64,000 nt of DNA from Desulfatiglandales bacterium (GCA_963662465.1 OY759599.1:4672001-4736000), one strand, 5' to 3'. Positions 40,152-50,880 are shown, numbered from the stretch's first letter. The notes: generated by a model from the sequence alone, not told the origin. Made by a program: numbers and translations.

Positions 40152-41207
40152 TTGAAGGGGGACGCCTTGGGGAAAAAACAGTTGCTTTTTTTCGTTCTGT
40201 GGATCAGTGTGAGTTTTTTTTCTTCTTCCACGTTTGGCGAAGAAGATATCCCCATCAAGGCAGTTTCGACGCCGGGCGTTGAAGCAATACGGCCTTTGAT
40301 TGGGGCTGATGATGAAACCCGAACATCCAAAGGCGTGGATGTTTCTGAGTATTGCCACGTTGAGAGTTTGGGTTTTTTGTCCCCTGAACAGGTGAAACCC
40401 TGGGGTCATGTGACGGCCGATGAAACGGAGCGCATCTTTCTGGCTAAACACGACACCATCTATGTGACCTTCGAAAAAGACCGCAAAGTAAAACCCGGAG
40501 ACGCTTTTAACCTTTACAGGGAATCGGATAAGTTGGATCATCCACTTACCGGGAAGAATGTGGGAACCGTGATTTTGTTTCTGGGAAAAATTGTCCTGGA
40601 AGAACAGGTCAGTGAAGGTTTGTTCAAAGCGGAGATTTTGGAAGACTACCGGGTCATGCGGGTGGGAGATCCGCTTTTGCCTTACCATCCCGTGTCGGCC
40701 TGTATACAGCCTTCGAACCCTGACCGGAAAAGATGCGGGGACGAGAAAGAATGCAGCGCCGCCATCGTGGCTTCCAAAGATCAACTTGAATTAATGGGTC
40801 AATATTCCGTAGTCTACATCAATCAAGGATATAAGCATGGATTTAAAAGGGGCAATCTTTTTGCCATTGTAACCCGTATGGAAACCGCCATTGCAAACGA
40901 GGCGGACCTGCCGGATCTGGTACTGGGTTATCTCATTATTCTGGAATCGCGGCTTGAAACGGCCACGGCTGTTGTACTGAACGCAAAAAAAGATTTTCCC
41001 AACGGAACAACCATCAAAGCCGTGGATTTGGCCAAGACCCTGGAAAGAACCCTGGCGAATCAGGGCTATCAAGGCGTGAAAGAAATTGATATTCAAAATG
41101 AACTGTTGCCTATTCTAATGAAAATTGGTCAAAACATTGATTTAAAACAAGATTTGCCCGAAAGTCTATACCTGCTGTCAACCATGGTGAAATGTTCGAT
41201 AAAATAA
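40152..41207 (+). CDS. Secreted protein resembling the C-terminal region of dprA-linked LysM proteins
   Basis: Signal peptide; HPLTGKNVG, RVGDPLLPY, VVYINQG..G..GN; directly upstream of dprA. Confidence 0.65.
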   Translation: MKGDALGKKQLLFFVLWISVSFFSSSTFGEEDIPIKAVSTPGVEAIRPLIGADDETRTSKGVDVSEYCHVESLGFLSPEQVKPWGHVTADETERIFLAKHDTIYVTFEKDRKVKPGDAFNLYRESDKLDHPLTGKNVGTVILFLGKIVLEEQVSEGLFKAEILEDYRVMRVGDPLLPYHPVSACIQPSNPDRKRCGDEKECSAAIVASKDQLELMGQYSVVYINQGYKHGFKRGNLFAIVTRMETAIANEADLPDLVLGYLIILESRLETATAVVLNAKKDFPNGTTIKAVDLAKTLERTLANQGYQGVKEIDIQNELLPILMKIGQNIDLKQDLPESLYLLSTMVKCSIK

Positions 41208-41230
41208 GCATCACACCCCATTGATATCCT

Positions 41231-42337
41231 ATGACCATACTGCGGAACCCAATACAGGCATGGCTGGCCCTTTACATGATTCCCGGGTTAGGAAATGTCG
41301 TTCTAAAACGACTGTTCGAGAAATTTCTTCATGTTGAGGCCATCTTTGAAGCGGGATTTTTTGATTTGATGGGTGTAGAGGGTCTTCGAAAAGAGATCGG
41401 TAAAAAAATTCTGGACCGGCAATATCTTGAACAGGCCGAAGAGGAAATGGTAAAGGCGGAACGCTGTCATGCGCGAATCCTCACCTATGAGGATCCCAGC
41501 TATCCGCTCCTGTTGCGAGAGATCCATAATCCACCCATGGTGTTGTTTGCCAAGGGAAGAGAAATTCCTCTGGAGCAAACCTTTGTGGGCCTGGTGGGTT
41601 CTCGGAACGCGACACACTACGGTCTAAAAACAGCCGAAAAAATCGCTATGGCGCTGGCGAAAAGAGGGGCCGGTGTGGTCAGCGGTCTGGCAAGGGGAAT
41701 TGACGCGGCTGCCCATAACGGCTGCCTTCGAGGAGGCGGCTTTACCATCGGCGTGCTGGGAACGGGAATTGATGTGGTTTATCCCAAATCCAACGGTCGG
41801 CTGTTTGAACGGATGGTCGAAGAAGGGGCTATTGTGTCTGAATTTCCCATGGGAACATCCCCTGAACCCCGGAATTTTCCCATCCGAAATCGGGTCATCA
41901 GCGGCCTCTGTCGAGGAATCGCCGTTATTGAAGCCGCCAGGAAAAGTGGGTCTCTAATTACAGCTGCCCTGGCACTGGAACAGAATCGTGAAATATTTGC
42001 CGTTCCCGGAAGCATTGACTCCTTCAAGAGTGCCGGCGCCCACTGGCTCATCAAACAAGGCGCCAAGCTCATTGAAAACGCCAATGATATCCTGGATGAA
42101 CTCTGGTTTCTGAAGCAAGGCGCCGGATTGCCTCCCCCCCAGGAAGCGTCCGGATCCCAGAAACAGATGAATGGGCCTGAGCGTAAAGTATACGACATGA
42201 TCGGAAGTTATCCGACACATATTGACCAAATAGCCCGCATGGGCGCAATGGATGTATCCCAGGTATCCATGATTCTGCTGAAAATGGAATTAAACGGCAT
42301 CGTCCGGCAACTCCCGGGAAAAATGTATGTTCGCTAA
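41231..42337 (+). CDS. dprA: DNA-protecting protein DprA
   Basis: VGSR, VSGLARGID, FPIRNRVISG, SGSLITA, FAVPG, LIKQGA. Confidence 0.97.
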   Translation: MTILRNPIQAWLALYMIPGLGNVVLKRLFEKFLHVEAIFEAGFFDLMGVEGLRKEIGKKILDRQYLEQAEEEMVKAERCHARILTYEDPSYPLLLREIHNPPMVLFAKGREIPLEQTFVGLVGSRNATHYGLKTAEKIAMALAKRGAGVVSGLARGIDAAAHNGCLRGGGFTIGVLGTGIDVVYPKSNGRLFERMVEEGAIVSEFPMGTSPEPRNFPIRNRVISGLCRGIAVIEAARKSGSLITAALALEQNREIFAVPGSIDSFKSAGAHWLIKQGAKLIENANDILDELWFLKQGAGLPPPQEASGSQKQMNGPERKVYDMIGSYPTHIDQIARMGAMDVSQVSMILLKMELNGIVRQLPGKMYVR

Positions 42338-42408
42338 CCTAGAGATTCATTGACAAAAGAACTTAAAACTTAAAACTGCAGCGCGCCGCGTTAGATTGGA
42401 CCCAAAGA

Positions 42409-44706
42409 ATGCCGAAAAATCTACTCATCATTGAATCTCCAGCCAAAGCCAAAACCATTAAAAAATACCTGGGACCCGATTTCAAAATTATGGCCTCGGT
42501 GGGACACGTGAAAGACCTTCCCGTCAGCAAGCTGGGCGTTAATCTCGAAAAAAATTTCGAACCTGATTATGTGATCATTAAAGGGAAAGGAAAAATCCTC
42601 AAAGATCTGAAAACCGCCGGCCAAAACGCCGAGGTTATTTATCTGGCGCCTGATCCGGATCGCGAGGGGGAAGCCATTGCATGGCATGTGGCCCAGGAAC
42701 TGGCCAAGGGAAAAGGGAATCAAAAAATCTATCGGGTCCTCTTTAATGAATTAACCAAAAAAGCGATTCAGGCTGCTGTGGCCTCGCCCAAAGCCCTGGA
42801 CACGAACAAATTCGAATCTCAACAGGCCCGGCGCATTCTGGATCGCCTGGTGGGTTATCAGATCTCCCCCCTTCTCTGGAAACGGGTTAAACGGGGGTTG
42901 AGCGCAGGCCGGGTCCAATCCGTAACCGTTAAGATGATCTGCGATCGGGAACGGGAAATCAGAGCCTTTGATCCCCAGGAATACTGGTCCCTTACGGCCC
43001 ATTTGAAGGGCTTTGAACCACCCCCCTTCGAAGCGAAGTTTTTTCAATATAAGGGGGAAAAAACAGACCTTTCCAATGAAAAACAGACCCTTGGCATCGT
43101 CAGTGAAATCAAAGGCCTTCCCTTTGAAGTCGCAAAGGTCGCCAAAAAACGGACCAAAAAGAATGCCCCCCCGCCGTTTATCACGAGTCTTTTGCAGCAG
43201 GAAGCCTTCAGCAAATTGCGGTATTCCGCTAAAAAGACCATGTCCATTGCACAGAGCCTTTACGAGGGCGTTGATTTGGGAGATAAGGGTTTGGTGGGCC
43301 TCATTACCTATATGAGGACCGATTCCTTTAATCTTTCGGATGATGCCATTGACCAGGTGCGCACCTATATCGGCCAGGTTTTTGGAAAGGATTTCCTTCC
43401 TGAAAAACCGAACCGTTTCAAAAGTCGCAAGGGATCGCAGGAGGCCCATGAGGCCATTCGCCCCACCTCCGTGGACTTGGCGCCCAAGACCATATCCAAG
43501 TATCTCAACCGGGAGCAGTTCGCGTTGTATGAGCTCATCTGGAAACGATTTGTGGCTTGTCAGATGAGTCCCGCGCAACTGGACAAAACCCAGGTGGAAA
43601 TCAGCGCCGGAAACGCCGGGTTTCGCGCTACCGGTTCCGTGGTGGTCTTCAAGGGGTTTACCATCCTTTATGAAGAACAAAAAGAAACCCGAAATGGAGG
43701 AGATAAGGGAAAATCGGAGGCCCAACTTCCGCCATTAGCGGAGGGCCAGGTTCTAACCCTCATAAAACTGGATCCGGCACAGCATTTTACCCAGCCGCCC
43801 CCACGGTTTACGGAAGCTTCCCTGATCAAGGCCCTGGAGGAAAACGGCATCGGAAGGCCCTCCACCTATGCTGCTATCCTGGCCAATATCAGCGGAAGAG
43901 AATATGTGTCCGTGGAAAAGAGACGGTTTATCCCCACCGAATTGGGTTTTCTGGTGACGGATCTGCTGGTCCAAAACTTTCCCGATGTGTTGAATACAGC
44001 CTTTACCGCACAAATGGAGAACAATCTGGACCGAATTGAGCAAGGCAAAGTGAAATGGACCGATGTACTGGGGCAATTTTATGATTCCTTTGGAAAAGAT
44101 CTGGATAAAGCAACCCAGGGGATGAAGGGCGAGGTGTTGACGGATATCACCTGCGAAAAATGCAACCGCCCCATGGCGGTCAAATCGGGCCGAAACGGTA
44201 TTTTCCTGGCCTGTACCGGTTATCCGGAATGCCGGAATACCGCCAATTTTACCCGGGATGAAAAAGGAAAGATTATTGTTGAAGCACCCGTTCCCCATAT
44301 GGGAGAGGAACAGGGAACCTGCGAGAAATGCGGCAAACCCATGGTCACCAAAAACGGGCGGTACGGCCCCTTTGTGGCCTGCTCCGGGTATCCGGAATGT
44401 AAAAATATCTGGGCGCCTGATCCGGTGAGTACCGGTGTTAGATGCCCGGAGGCGGGTTGTTCGGGAACCCTGGTGGAAAAAGTCTCCAAAAAAGGGAAAA
44501 AGTTCTATGCCTGCAATCAATATCCCAAGTGTCGGTTTGCCACCTGGGATGAGCCGTTTGATGGGGTTTGCCCTGAATGCGGCACCCGGGTGTTAAGCAT
44601 CAAACGGCCCAAAAAAGCAGATGAGCCGATGGTGGCTTGTCGAAAAAAGGGGTGCCGATTTAAGGAGCCCCTTTCCACTTATTCCGAAAAGGCCAATCAA
44701 AGTTGA
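42409..44706 (+). CDS. topA: DNA topoisomerase I
   Basis: IESPAK, DPDREGE, SAGRVQS, ITYMRTDS, EAHEAIRP, GIGRPSTY and C-terminal zinc ribbons. Confidence 0.98.
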   Translation: MPKNLLIIESPAKAKTIKKYLGPDFKIMASVGHVKDLPVSKLGVNLEKNFEPDYVIIKGKGKILKDLKTAGQNAEVIYLAPDPDREGEAIAWHVAQELAKGKGNQKIYRVLFNELTKKAIQAAVASPKALDTNKFESQQARRILDRLVGYQISPLLWKRVKRGLSAGRVQSVTVKMICDREREIRAFDPQEYWSLTAHLKGFEPPPFEAKFFQYKGEKTDLSNEKQTLGIVSEIKGLPFEVAKVAKKRTKKNAPPPFITSLLQQEAFSKLRYSAKKTMSIAQSLYEGVDLGDKGLVGLITYMRTDSFNLSDDAIDQVRTYIGQVFGKDFLPEKPNRFKSRKGSQEAHEAIRPTSVDLAPKTISKYLNREQFALYELIWKRFVACQMSPAQLDKTQVEISAGNAGFRATGSVVVFKGFTILYEEQKETRNGGDKGKSEAQLPPLAEGQVLTLIKLDPAQHFTQPPPRFTEASLIKALEENGIGRPSTYAAILANISGREYVSVEKRRFIPTELGFLVTDLLVQNFPDVLNTAFTAQMENNLDRIEQGKVKWTDVLGQFYDSFGKDLDKATQGMKGEVLTDITCEKCNRPMAVKSGRNGIFLACTGYPECRNTANFTRDEKGKIIVEAPVPHMGEEQGTCEKCGKPMVTKNGRYGPFVACSGYPECKNIWAPDPVSTGVRCPEAGCSGTLVEKVSKKGKKFYACNQYPKCRFATWDEPFDGVCPECGTRVLSIKRPKKADEPMVACRKKGCRFKEPLSTYSEKANQS

Positions 44707-44718
44707 TGCCCGATATTT

Positions 44719-45480
44719 TCAGATAATGTTTTTTCCTTTTTTCCCTCTCCGCATTTTCCTGGCGTCTTCTTTCCACCCCTTTCGCTTTTTTCCCTTGGCT
44801 CTTCTGAAAGGATCCGGATCCCTTCCGGGGTCCAGGGAAAATGAACCCGGGGTTGGGGGTTTGAGATCGGCATGCGGTTTCTGTTTTTTGGCTTCCTTTT
44901 TTTCCCTTCCTTCCAGAAGGTTTTTCGGCGGTATAGGGCCTGCAATACATTCAGGCGGAATTTCGGGACTGAGGAAAAGGTCGCCAAAGGGAAAGATGAG
45001 TACCCCCCTTTTTTCCGCGGAAGCAGCGGGAATTTCCAGCAACACCGGGTGTTGATCCTGACGGCGACCGATTCGCAGGGCCATTTCCCGGTCGGAGGAC
45101 AGGGTCACATTTTTCCCCACTGCCTTCAACCCCCTTTCCATGGCCGCGGCATGGGCCCTTTTCCTGACGGGCGCATAAAGCAAGCCCGGCAATGGAAGAT
45201 CGCTATGGGTATTTAAGGTCCAATGCCTTTTCTGAGATCTGATCCGATCGTCAAAAGCCTCAAAGAGCTCCCGATCCTCTCCAAGCAACACCTCGTTGAT
45301 ATGGGAGCGCCGCACATGACGCCACCCTTCTTCCTCATGAAAGGCTTTGAGCAGGTCTTTGTAAAGCACAAAACCTTCCTCATCGGGGACCAGACCAAAT
45401 TCGTCGGGTCGATACGCCAGGATATAGGTCAGCATCCGGCTCAGTTCAGTAACTTTTCTCTGTTGGCGCTGTTTGCTCAG
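44719..45480 (-). CDS. KptA/Tpt1-like RNA 2'-phosphotransferase fold, degenerate; possible CTG start at 45480
   Basis: LSRMLTYIL..RPDEFGLVPDEEGFV, RIR, GL, LS....A..IGRR..HPVLLEI. GGAGG lies 6 nt before the CTG. Confidence 0.7.
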   Translation of the reverse strand: MSKQRQQRKVTELSRMLTYILAYRPDEFGLVPDEEGFVLYKDLLKAFHEEEGWRHVRRSHINEVLLGEDRELFEAFDDRIRSQKRHWTLNTHSDLPLPGLLYAPVRKRAHAAAMERGLKAVGKNVTLSSDREMALRIGRRQDQHPVLLEIPAASAEKRGVLIFPFGDLFLSPEIPPECIAGPIPPKNLLEGREKKEAKKQKPHADLKPPTPGSFSLDPGRDPDPFRRAKGKKRKGWKEDARKMRRGKKGKNII

Positions 45481-45490
45481 GGGTTGCCTC

Positions 45491-46648
45491 CTACAGGTCC
45501 AGTTTGCTGATCTGAGCCATCACATGAGTACGGATCTCATGGGGCGTGGGCAGTGGGGTATTCATTTTTCCCCGAGAAAGAAAAGGCAGCAGAATTTCAA
45601 CCATCTCTCCGCCGCAAAAACAGGGTTTCAGGGTTTTTCCTTTGGGTACGACCACCGTTCTCAGGCAATCTTTGCAGCGCATGACGCTTTTTGATCCGGA
45701 ACGTTTCCCCCGTTTGGCCAGAGGCTTGCCGTCCACTTCCACGATATCCATGGAAAAATCAATGACCGGGGCGGCACTGATGGCCGTTCCCACACCAAAG
45801 GCATCGGCCAGGTCCCGGTATTCTTGAATCCGGTATTCATCCAGACCCCCGCTGATGAAGATTTTGACATGTTCAAATCCGCGCAGATCCAGTTCCCAGC
45901 GCACCTCCTCCATGATTTTCCTGAGATCCCCCCGTCTTGATTTTGGGGTATCCAGGCGAACCGCATAAAGATTTTTCCCCAGGGCCTTTGCCACGTTCAG
46001 GGCTTCAATTTTTTCATCATTGAAGGTGTCTATGAGACTCACCCGTTTCACATGCGGTTCAATAATGTCGTGAAAGGCCTGGGTCGCCGCCACGGTATCG
46101 CCCATGATCAGCATGAGCGCATGGGGCATGGTGCCGGATGGCTCAATGCCCACCAGGTTTGCGCCAAGACCCATGGCAACGCCGTCGCATCCACCGATAT
46201 AGGCGTTTCGTTCCACCATGGGAGCAATGGCGGGATGCATGCGACGAGCGCCAAAACTGGTGAGGGGCCGGTCTCCCGCAGCCTTACGGCAGCGGGCCGC
46301 CATGGTGGCGACCCCGGATGCCTGGCAGAGAAAGCCCAGCAAGGTGGTTTCGTATCGACCGAAATCAAGGTACTTTCCGCGGATTTCCAGAACCGGCTGG
46401 AAGGAATTTATAACCGTTCCCTCTTGAATCACTCGAACATCCACCGGCAGATCCTTGAGCAGGGCCACACATTCTTCCAAACCCGCAAAAACGCCCCATG
46501 GGTAATCTCGTGGAAGACCCTTGGCCAGAAATTCAGCCGTCACCTCTCGATCAATCCCCTTGGCCCTTAGAATTTTTTCGGTCCTTTCAAAATATACATC
46601 TGTTACGAGACCATCCCGTATTTGCTGCGCGTTAGCTGTATGAATCAA
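45491..46648 (-). CDS. pncB: Nicotinate phosphoribosyltransferase
   Basis: TDVYF, SFGARRMHP, GTMPHA, LIDTF, VRLDTP, SGGL, FGVGT. Confidence 0.92.
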   Translation of the reverse strand: MIHTANAQQIRDGLVTDVYFERTEKILRAKGIDREVTAEFLAKGLPRDYPWGVFAGLEECVALLKDLPVDVRVIQEGTVINSFQPVLEIRGKYLDFGRYETTLLGFLCQASGVATMAARCRKAAGDRPLTSFGARRMHPAIAPMVERNAYIGGCDGVAMGLGANLVGIEPSGTMPHALMLIMGDTVAATQAFHDIIEPHVKRVSLIDTFNDEKIEALNVAKALGKNLYAVRLDTPKSRRGDLRKIMEEVRWELDLRGFEHVKIFISGGLDEYRIQEYRDLADAFGVGTAISAAPVIDFSMDIVEVDGKPLAKRGKRSGSKSVMRCKDCLRTVVVPKGKTLKPCFCGGEMVEILLPFLSRGKMNTPLPTPHEIRTHVMAQISKLDL

Positions 46649-46721
46649 GACTGACCTCCTTATGGCAGTGTAGTTGAGGTTCCATGATACAGAGAATTGA
46701 TTTTTTCACCAGGGGAAGGGA

Positions 46722-48110
46722 TCATAAAAATGAATGATCGTCAAACAGGAAATCATGCAGTTCCTGGATGCTTCCAATACCGTGGGGTTTCAGGCGGGGC
46801 GGCGGATTTGATCCCTCCAGGCTACTTCTGGGAAGGAGGCATTCGGAAAAGCCCATTTTTTCAATTTCCCGCATTCGCAGGTCCGGCTGGCTCACCCCTC
46901 GGATTTCGCCGGCCAGACCCACTTCGCCGAAAACCGCCAGATTTCGGTTAACGGGTCTTTCCAGAAAACTACTCATCATGGCGGACACGATCCCCAGATC
47001 CGCGGCCGGCTCATCGATTTTCAAGCCGCCGGCCACATTGACAAAAATATCCTGGTCCCCCAGTTCAATGCCCAGCCGTTTGCTCAGCACCGCCACCAGC
47101 AGGGAAATGCGGTTCTGGTCAATGCCCCTGGCAGTCCTCCTGGGCATGCCCAAAGGACTCGGGCACACCAGGGCCTGGATTTCCACCAGCAGGGGACGGG
47201 TCCCCTCCATGCATGAAATAATGGCGGACCCCGGTACATCCTCGGGCCTTTCCGCCAGAAAAATGCCGGAAGGGTTGCCCACCTCCACCAGTCCGGAGCC
47301 TTTCATTTCAAAAACGCCGATTTCGTTGGTGGAACCGTAACGGTTCTTTACCGCCCGCAATATCCGGAAGGCATGGCCCCGGTCTCCCTCGAAATAGAGT
47401 ACCGTATCCACCAGATGTTCCAGTACCTTGGGGCCTGCAATGGCCCCGTCTTTGGTGACGTGTCCCACCAGGAAAACGGGCGTCCCCGAACCCTTGGCGT
47501 AAGCCATGAGCCTGGCGGCGGTTTCCTTGACCTGTCCCACGCTTCCCGGCGGCGAGGAAATATCCTGAGTATAGAAGGTTTGGATGGAATCCACGGCCAC
47601 CAGGTCCGGCTTGAGCCTGGCGGCGCGATCGAAAAAATCCTCGATGCAGGTGCCGGTCATAACATAAAGATCATCGGCCTGAATACCCAGCCGATCCGCC
47701 CTCATCTTGATCTGTTGGGCGGATTCTTCGCCGGAAAGGTACAGGGACCGAAGCCCCTGTCGGGCAAACCCATCCAGTACCTGAAGAATCATGGTGGATT
47801 TGCCGATGCCGGGGTCCCCCCCAATCAAAACCAGGGAACCGGGAACCAGACCGCCCCCGAGAGTACGATCAAACTCGGCAATCCCGGTATGCCATCTCAT
47901 CTCGGGCGAAAGGGAGATAACGCCGATGCTTTCAGGCCGACTCATGTTGGGTAAGCCGCGGTTTTTTCGCAGGGGCGAATCATCATTCGCCTCGATGCGC
48001 TCCTCCAGAAAACTGCTCCACTGATCACACTCCGGACACCGGCCCAGCCATTTCAGGGCCTCATGTCCGCAGTTCTGACAAATGTATCGTGATTTTTCTT
48101 TTCCGGCCAT
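46722..48110 (-). CDS. radA: DNA repair protein RadA/Sms
   Basis: CxxC..CxxC, GDPGIGKS, KNRYG, EGTRP, GEVGLAGE. Confidence 0.97.
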   Translation of the reverse strand: MAGKEKSRYICQNCGHEALKWLGRCPECDQWSSFLEERIEANDDSPLRKNRGLPNMSRPESIGVISLSPEMRWHTGIAEFDRTLGGGLVPGSLVLIGGDPGIGKSTMILQVLDGFARQGLRSLYLSGEESAQQIKMRADRLGIQADDLYVMTGTCIEDFFDRAARLKPDLVAVDSIQTFYTQDISSPPGSVGQVKETAARLMAYAKGSGTPVFLVGHVTKDGAIAGPKVLEHLVDTVLYFEGDRGHAFRILRAVKNRYGSTNEIGVFEMKGSGLVEVGNPSGIFLAERPEDVPGSAIISCMEGTRPLLVEIQALVCPSPLGMPRRTARGIDQNRISLLVAVLSKRLGIELGDQDIFVNVAGGLKIDEPAADLGIVSAMMSSFLERPVNRNLAVFGEVGLAGEIRGVSQPDLRMREIEKMGFSECLLPRSSLEGSNPPPRLKPHGIGSIQELHDFLFDDHSFL

Positions 48111-48123
48111 TGCGGGTTGAAGT

Positions 48124-49071
48124 TTATTTAAACTTTTCCACGGTCTTGTGGTAAACATCCTTGGTTTTGTTCCACAAGTCCTTAATGTCCTTACTGAAAT
48201 CAGCGCGGCTTTCCGCTGTTTCTTTCTCCAGTTCGTCGATTTTCAAGTTCAACTTGGCAAGGGCTTCCTTTGTTTTTTCATCCGCCTGCCTGGCTGCCAT
48301 CTTCAAAAAAACCTTGGCATCGGAAAGGGACCGGCGTGCGGCGTCGTATTTCCCCAGCGTATACTCCTTGGTGGCCTGCCACAGGCTTTCCTGGGCGAGA
48401 ATCATGGGGCCGTAGGACGCAATTGAAATCACCTGAACCCCGTCTTCCGCATCTTTCAAAGCGGCGTCGGCTTCCTTTTCCTTGCCGTCCGCCAGAAGAT
48501 GCTGGGCCAGCGCCACCTTTCGTTCGGTGAAGCTCAAGGGCAGATCGATTTCCACATAGACCAGGGAGTCGCCCGCCAGTTCCAGGGCCTGAGCGCCCTT
48601 TTCCTTGTCACCGTCTTTCAAGGCTTTTTTAGCCTCATCCAGATGGACTCTGGTTTTGTCCACGGTGACAAAGCTCTGTATTTCATCCAGGGAAGCGTAA
48701 ATGGGAACCAAATCGGGAATCACCTCTTCCGAAGCTTCATAGGACAGATGTTTTTTGGCCACCCATATATGGTCCTTGATTCGGGTGGTGGGAAGTGAAC
48801 CGCGAATGGTTTCCATGATTTCCTGGGCTTTGGAGAGTTCCCGGTTGGCGTCGCCGATATTTTTTTCATGAATAAAACCGCGCGCCTTGGCGATATGTTT
48901 CAGGGCTTTAACCGCCTGGTTGGCAATCACTTCCTGCTGGGGAAATGAAAGGGGTTTTCCGGGTGAAACGGTGACGTCTTCGTTAACCGTTTCACCTAGA
49001 GCGGTCTGGGAAAAACAGACCCCCAGAATTAATGCAAACGATAACAGAACCGCAAAAAATCTTTTCTTCAT
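48124..49071 (-). CDS. YfdX-like secreted helical protein
   Basis: Signal peptide; Ala/Lys-rich helices; LVPIYASL, DLPL. Confidence 0.65.
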   Translation of the reverse strand: MKKRFFAVLLSFALILGVCFSQTALGETVNEDVTVSPGKPLSFPQQEVIANQAVKALKHIAKARGFIHEKNIGDANRELSKAQEIMETIRGSLPTTRIKDHIWVAKKHLSYEASEEVIPDLVPIYASLDEIQSFVTVDKTRVHLDEAKKALKDGDKEKGAQALELAGDSLVYVEIDLPLSFTERKVALAQHLLADGKEKEADAALKDAEDGVQVISIASYGPMILAQESLWQATKEYTLGKYDAARRSLSDAKVFLKMAARQADEKTKEALAKLNLKIDELEKETAESRADFSKDIKDLWNKTKDVYHKTVEKFK

Positions 49072-49150
49072 GGCAATACCTCCACTTTAATTTTGGATCA
49101 TTTAAAAAAAGGAAATCGCCCAATCAGCGCTTTTCCATCAACAACCGTTA

Positions 49151-49513
49151 TCATTTGTACCAGGAAAGGGTTTTCAGTTTGTTGATGTCCCCTTCGGTCC
49201 CAGTCACCCTGCCATTTTTGAAAAATACAAAATACACGAATTTTTCCCCGGGCTGGTAGTCGCCCACCATAACGGCATACCCCCACTTTTCCGTGTCTTC
49301 GTGGCGAGAAATGCTGTCCGGCAATCCAATGGCCGCCCTCACCATATCCCCGGTCATGTCAGGGGCCACCTGCCGTTTGGCGACCTTCCGGATAACGTCG
49401 TCATCCCAGCTCCGGTGCTGAAGCCGGATCTTGGATTCCCGGTACTGGGTTTCCGCGCAGCCGCCCAAAAGAAACACACCCAAAAAAACGCACATCAGAA
49501 TTTTCTTCTTCAT
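49151..49513 (-). CDS. Lipoprotein (SmpA/OmlA-like small domain)
   Basis: Lipobox LLGG-C; MT..MV..AIGLP..EKWGY..VFFKNGRV. Confidence 0.7.
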   Translation of the reverse strand: MKKKILMCVFLGVFLLGGCAETQYRESKIRLQHRSWDDDVIRKVAKRQVAPDMTGDMVRAAIGLPDSISRHEDTEKWGYAVMVGDYQPGEKFVYFVFFKNGRVTGTEGDINKLKTLSWYK

Positions 49514-49556
49514 TGGTTCAGACCTCTCTGCTGATTTTTGAAATATCCGGTCCCGG

Positions 49557-50198
49557 TCAAATATCATTGGAAGGGCAGTGGCGAAAAACAGCACATCCGA
49601 CGTGGTCCGGTTTCCTGGCGCCGCATATGGCGCGACCGTGGTAGATCAGGATGTCCGAAAAACGGCGCCAACGTTCTTCGGGCAGAAGTTTTTCAAGATC
49701 CTTTTCAATCTTGTCCGGATTTTTATTTTCCGTAAGTCCTAATCGAATGGAAAGTCTTTTTACATGGGTATCCACCACCACCCCCGGTACACCAAAGACG
49801 GCCCCCAAAACGCAATTTGCGGTCTTACGTCCCACTCCCGGCAATTTGATCAGCTCCGCCATGGTGGAAGGAACTTCTCCGTTGTATCGATCCAACAACC
49901 CCCGGCAGCATCCCTTGATGGACTTGGCCTTATTCCTGTAAAACCCGGTGGACCGAATATCCGCTTCCAGTTCGGCAATGGGGACCAAAAGAAAATCGGA
50001 GGGTGAAAAATACTTTTCAAACAGATCCTCCGTAACCGCATTCACCTGTTTATCGGTACACTGGGCCGATAGGATGGTACTGATGAGCAATTGAAAGGGG
50101 GTATGGTATTTGAGGGCGGTTTTTTCCCGCGTATAAAGCGGATCCAGAATTTCAAAAATTTCTTTTACCCTGGCGGTTCCGCGCTTTTTACTTTCCAC
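49557..50198 (-). CDS. nth: Endonuclease III (start uncertain)
   Basis: ILSAQCTD, LPGVGRKTAN, VDTHV, HGR; Fe-S motif C-x6-H-x2-C-x5-C. Confidence 0.95.
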   Translation of the reverse strand: MESKKRGTARVKEIFEILDPLYTREKTALKYHTPFQLLISTILSAQCTDKQVNAVTEDLFEKYFSPSDFLLVPIAELEADIRSTGFYRNKAKSIKGCCRGLLDRYNGEVPSTMAELIKLPGVGRKTANCVLGAVFGVPGVVVDTHVKRLSIRLGLTENKNPDKIEKDLEKLLPEERWRRFSDILIYHGRAICGARKPDHVGCAVFRHCPSNDI

Positions 50199-50370
50199 AG
50201 TCTGTTTTTTCTTTACTACGGGGTTAACAAAAAAACGCCTATGACAGCACCTGACTCGCAAATACTACGATACCATACACTTGTCAATCTCAAAGGGCTT
50301 TCCATTCTACAAATCAAGAGGGCTTTTCAGATAATGATGAGATGGGATCACACCACACCCAGTGGTTGCT

Positions 50371-50880
50371 AAGGATCGTCATCGCTATTTACAATGGCTT
50401 TATCAGGCCAGGAAGCGATATGGATAGGGATATGGGTTAAGATACGAATATGGTACGCGCCGGAATCGTCAGACATCCATCGATGTGGTTATTCAGCGGC
50501 TACAACAAGATCCAGAAGTGGCGAACGAAGAACATTTTGATGGATTATGAGAAACTCCGGAAATTTTTTGGGGTGGGATCACACGATGAACTGAGAAGCA
50601 CAGAGGATGGATCGAGGAATACCTAGAAAGTGGCGCCAAAATCCGTCGATCTGAATGGACGGCCAGTACCACCATTGGTAGCCGGTCTTTTGTAGAGAAT
50701 GTAAAGAAAAAACAGGCGTGTTATGGAAGGTGAAGGTGGTGGTGGGTATCAGCTCCGGGAGGAAGCTGCTCACGATATCTCTCTTTTCGGGGCTGAAAAG
50801 GACGATATCGCCCCTGAAAACAACTATTTTTGGACATAACAGCTTGACATTCAATGCTTTGTTGCGGCCCGACCCCGTGA
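50371..50880 (+). mobile_element. Remnant of an IS200-like/REP-associated tyrosine transposase
   Basis: KDRHRYLQWLYQARKRYG, then NMVRAGIVRHPSMWLFSGYN, then WT.STTIGSRSFVE. The central HUH region is missing and the remnant is frameshifted. Confidence 0.65.

Noticed and set aside
12513..47954. Long antisense ORFs (for example 12513-13424, 15557-16696, 31338-32345, 42751-43725)
   Set aside because: Shadow frames of GC-rich genes with no recognisable motifs.
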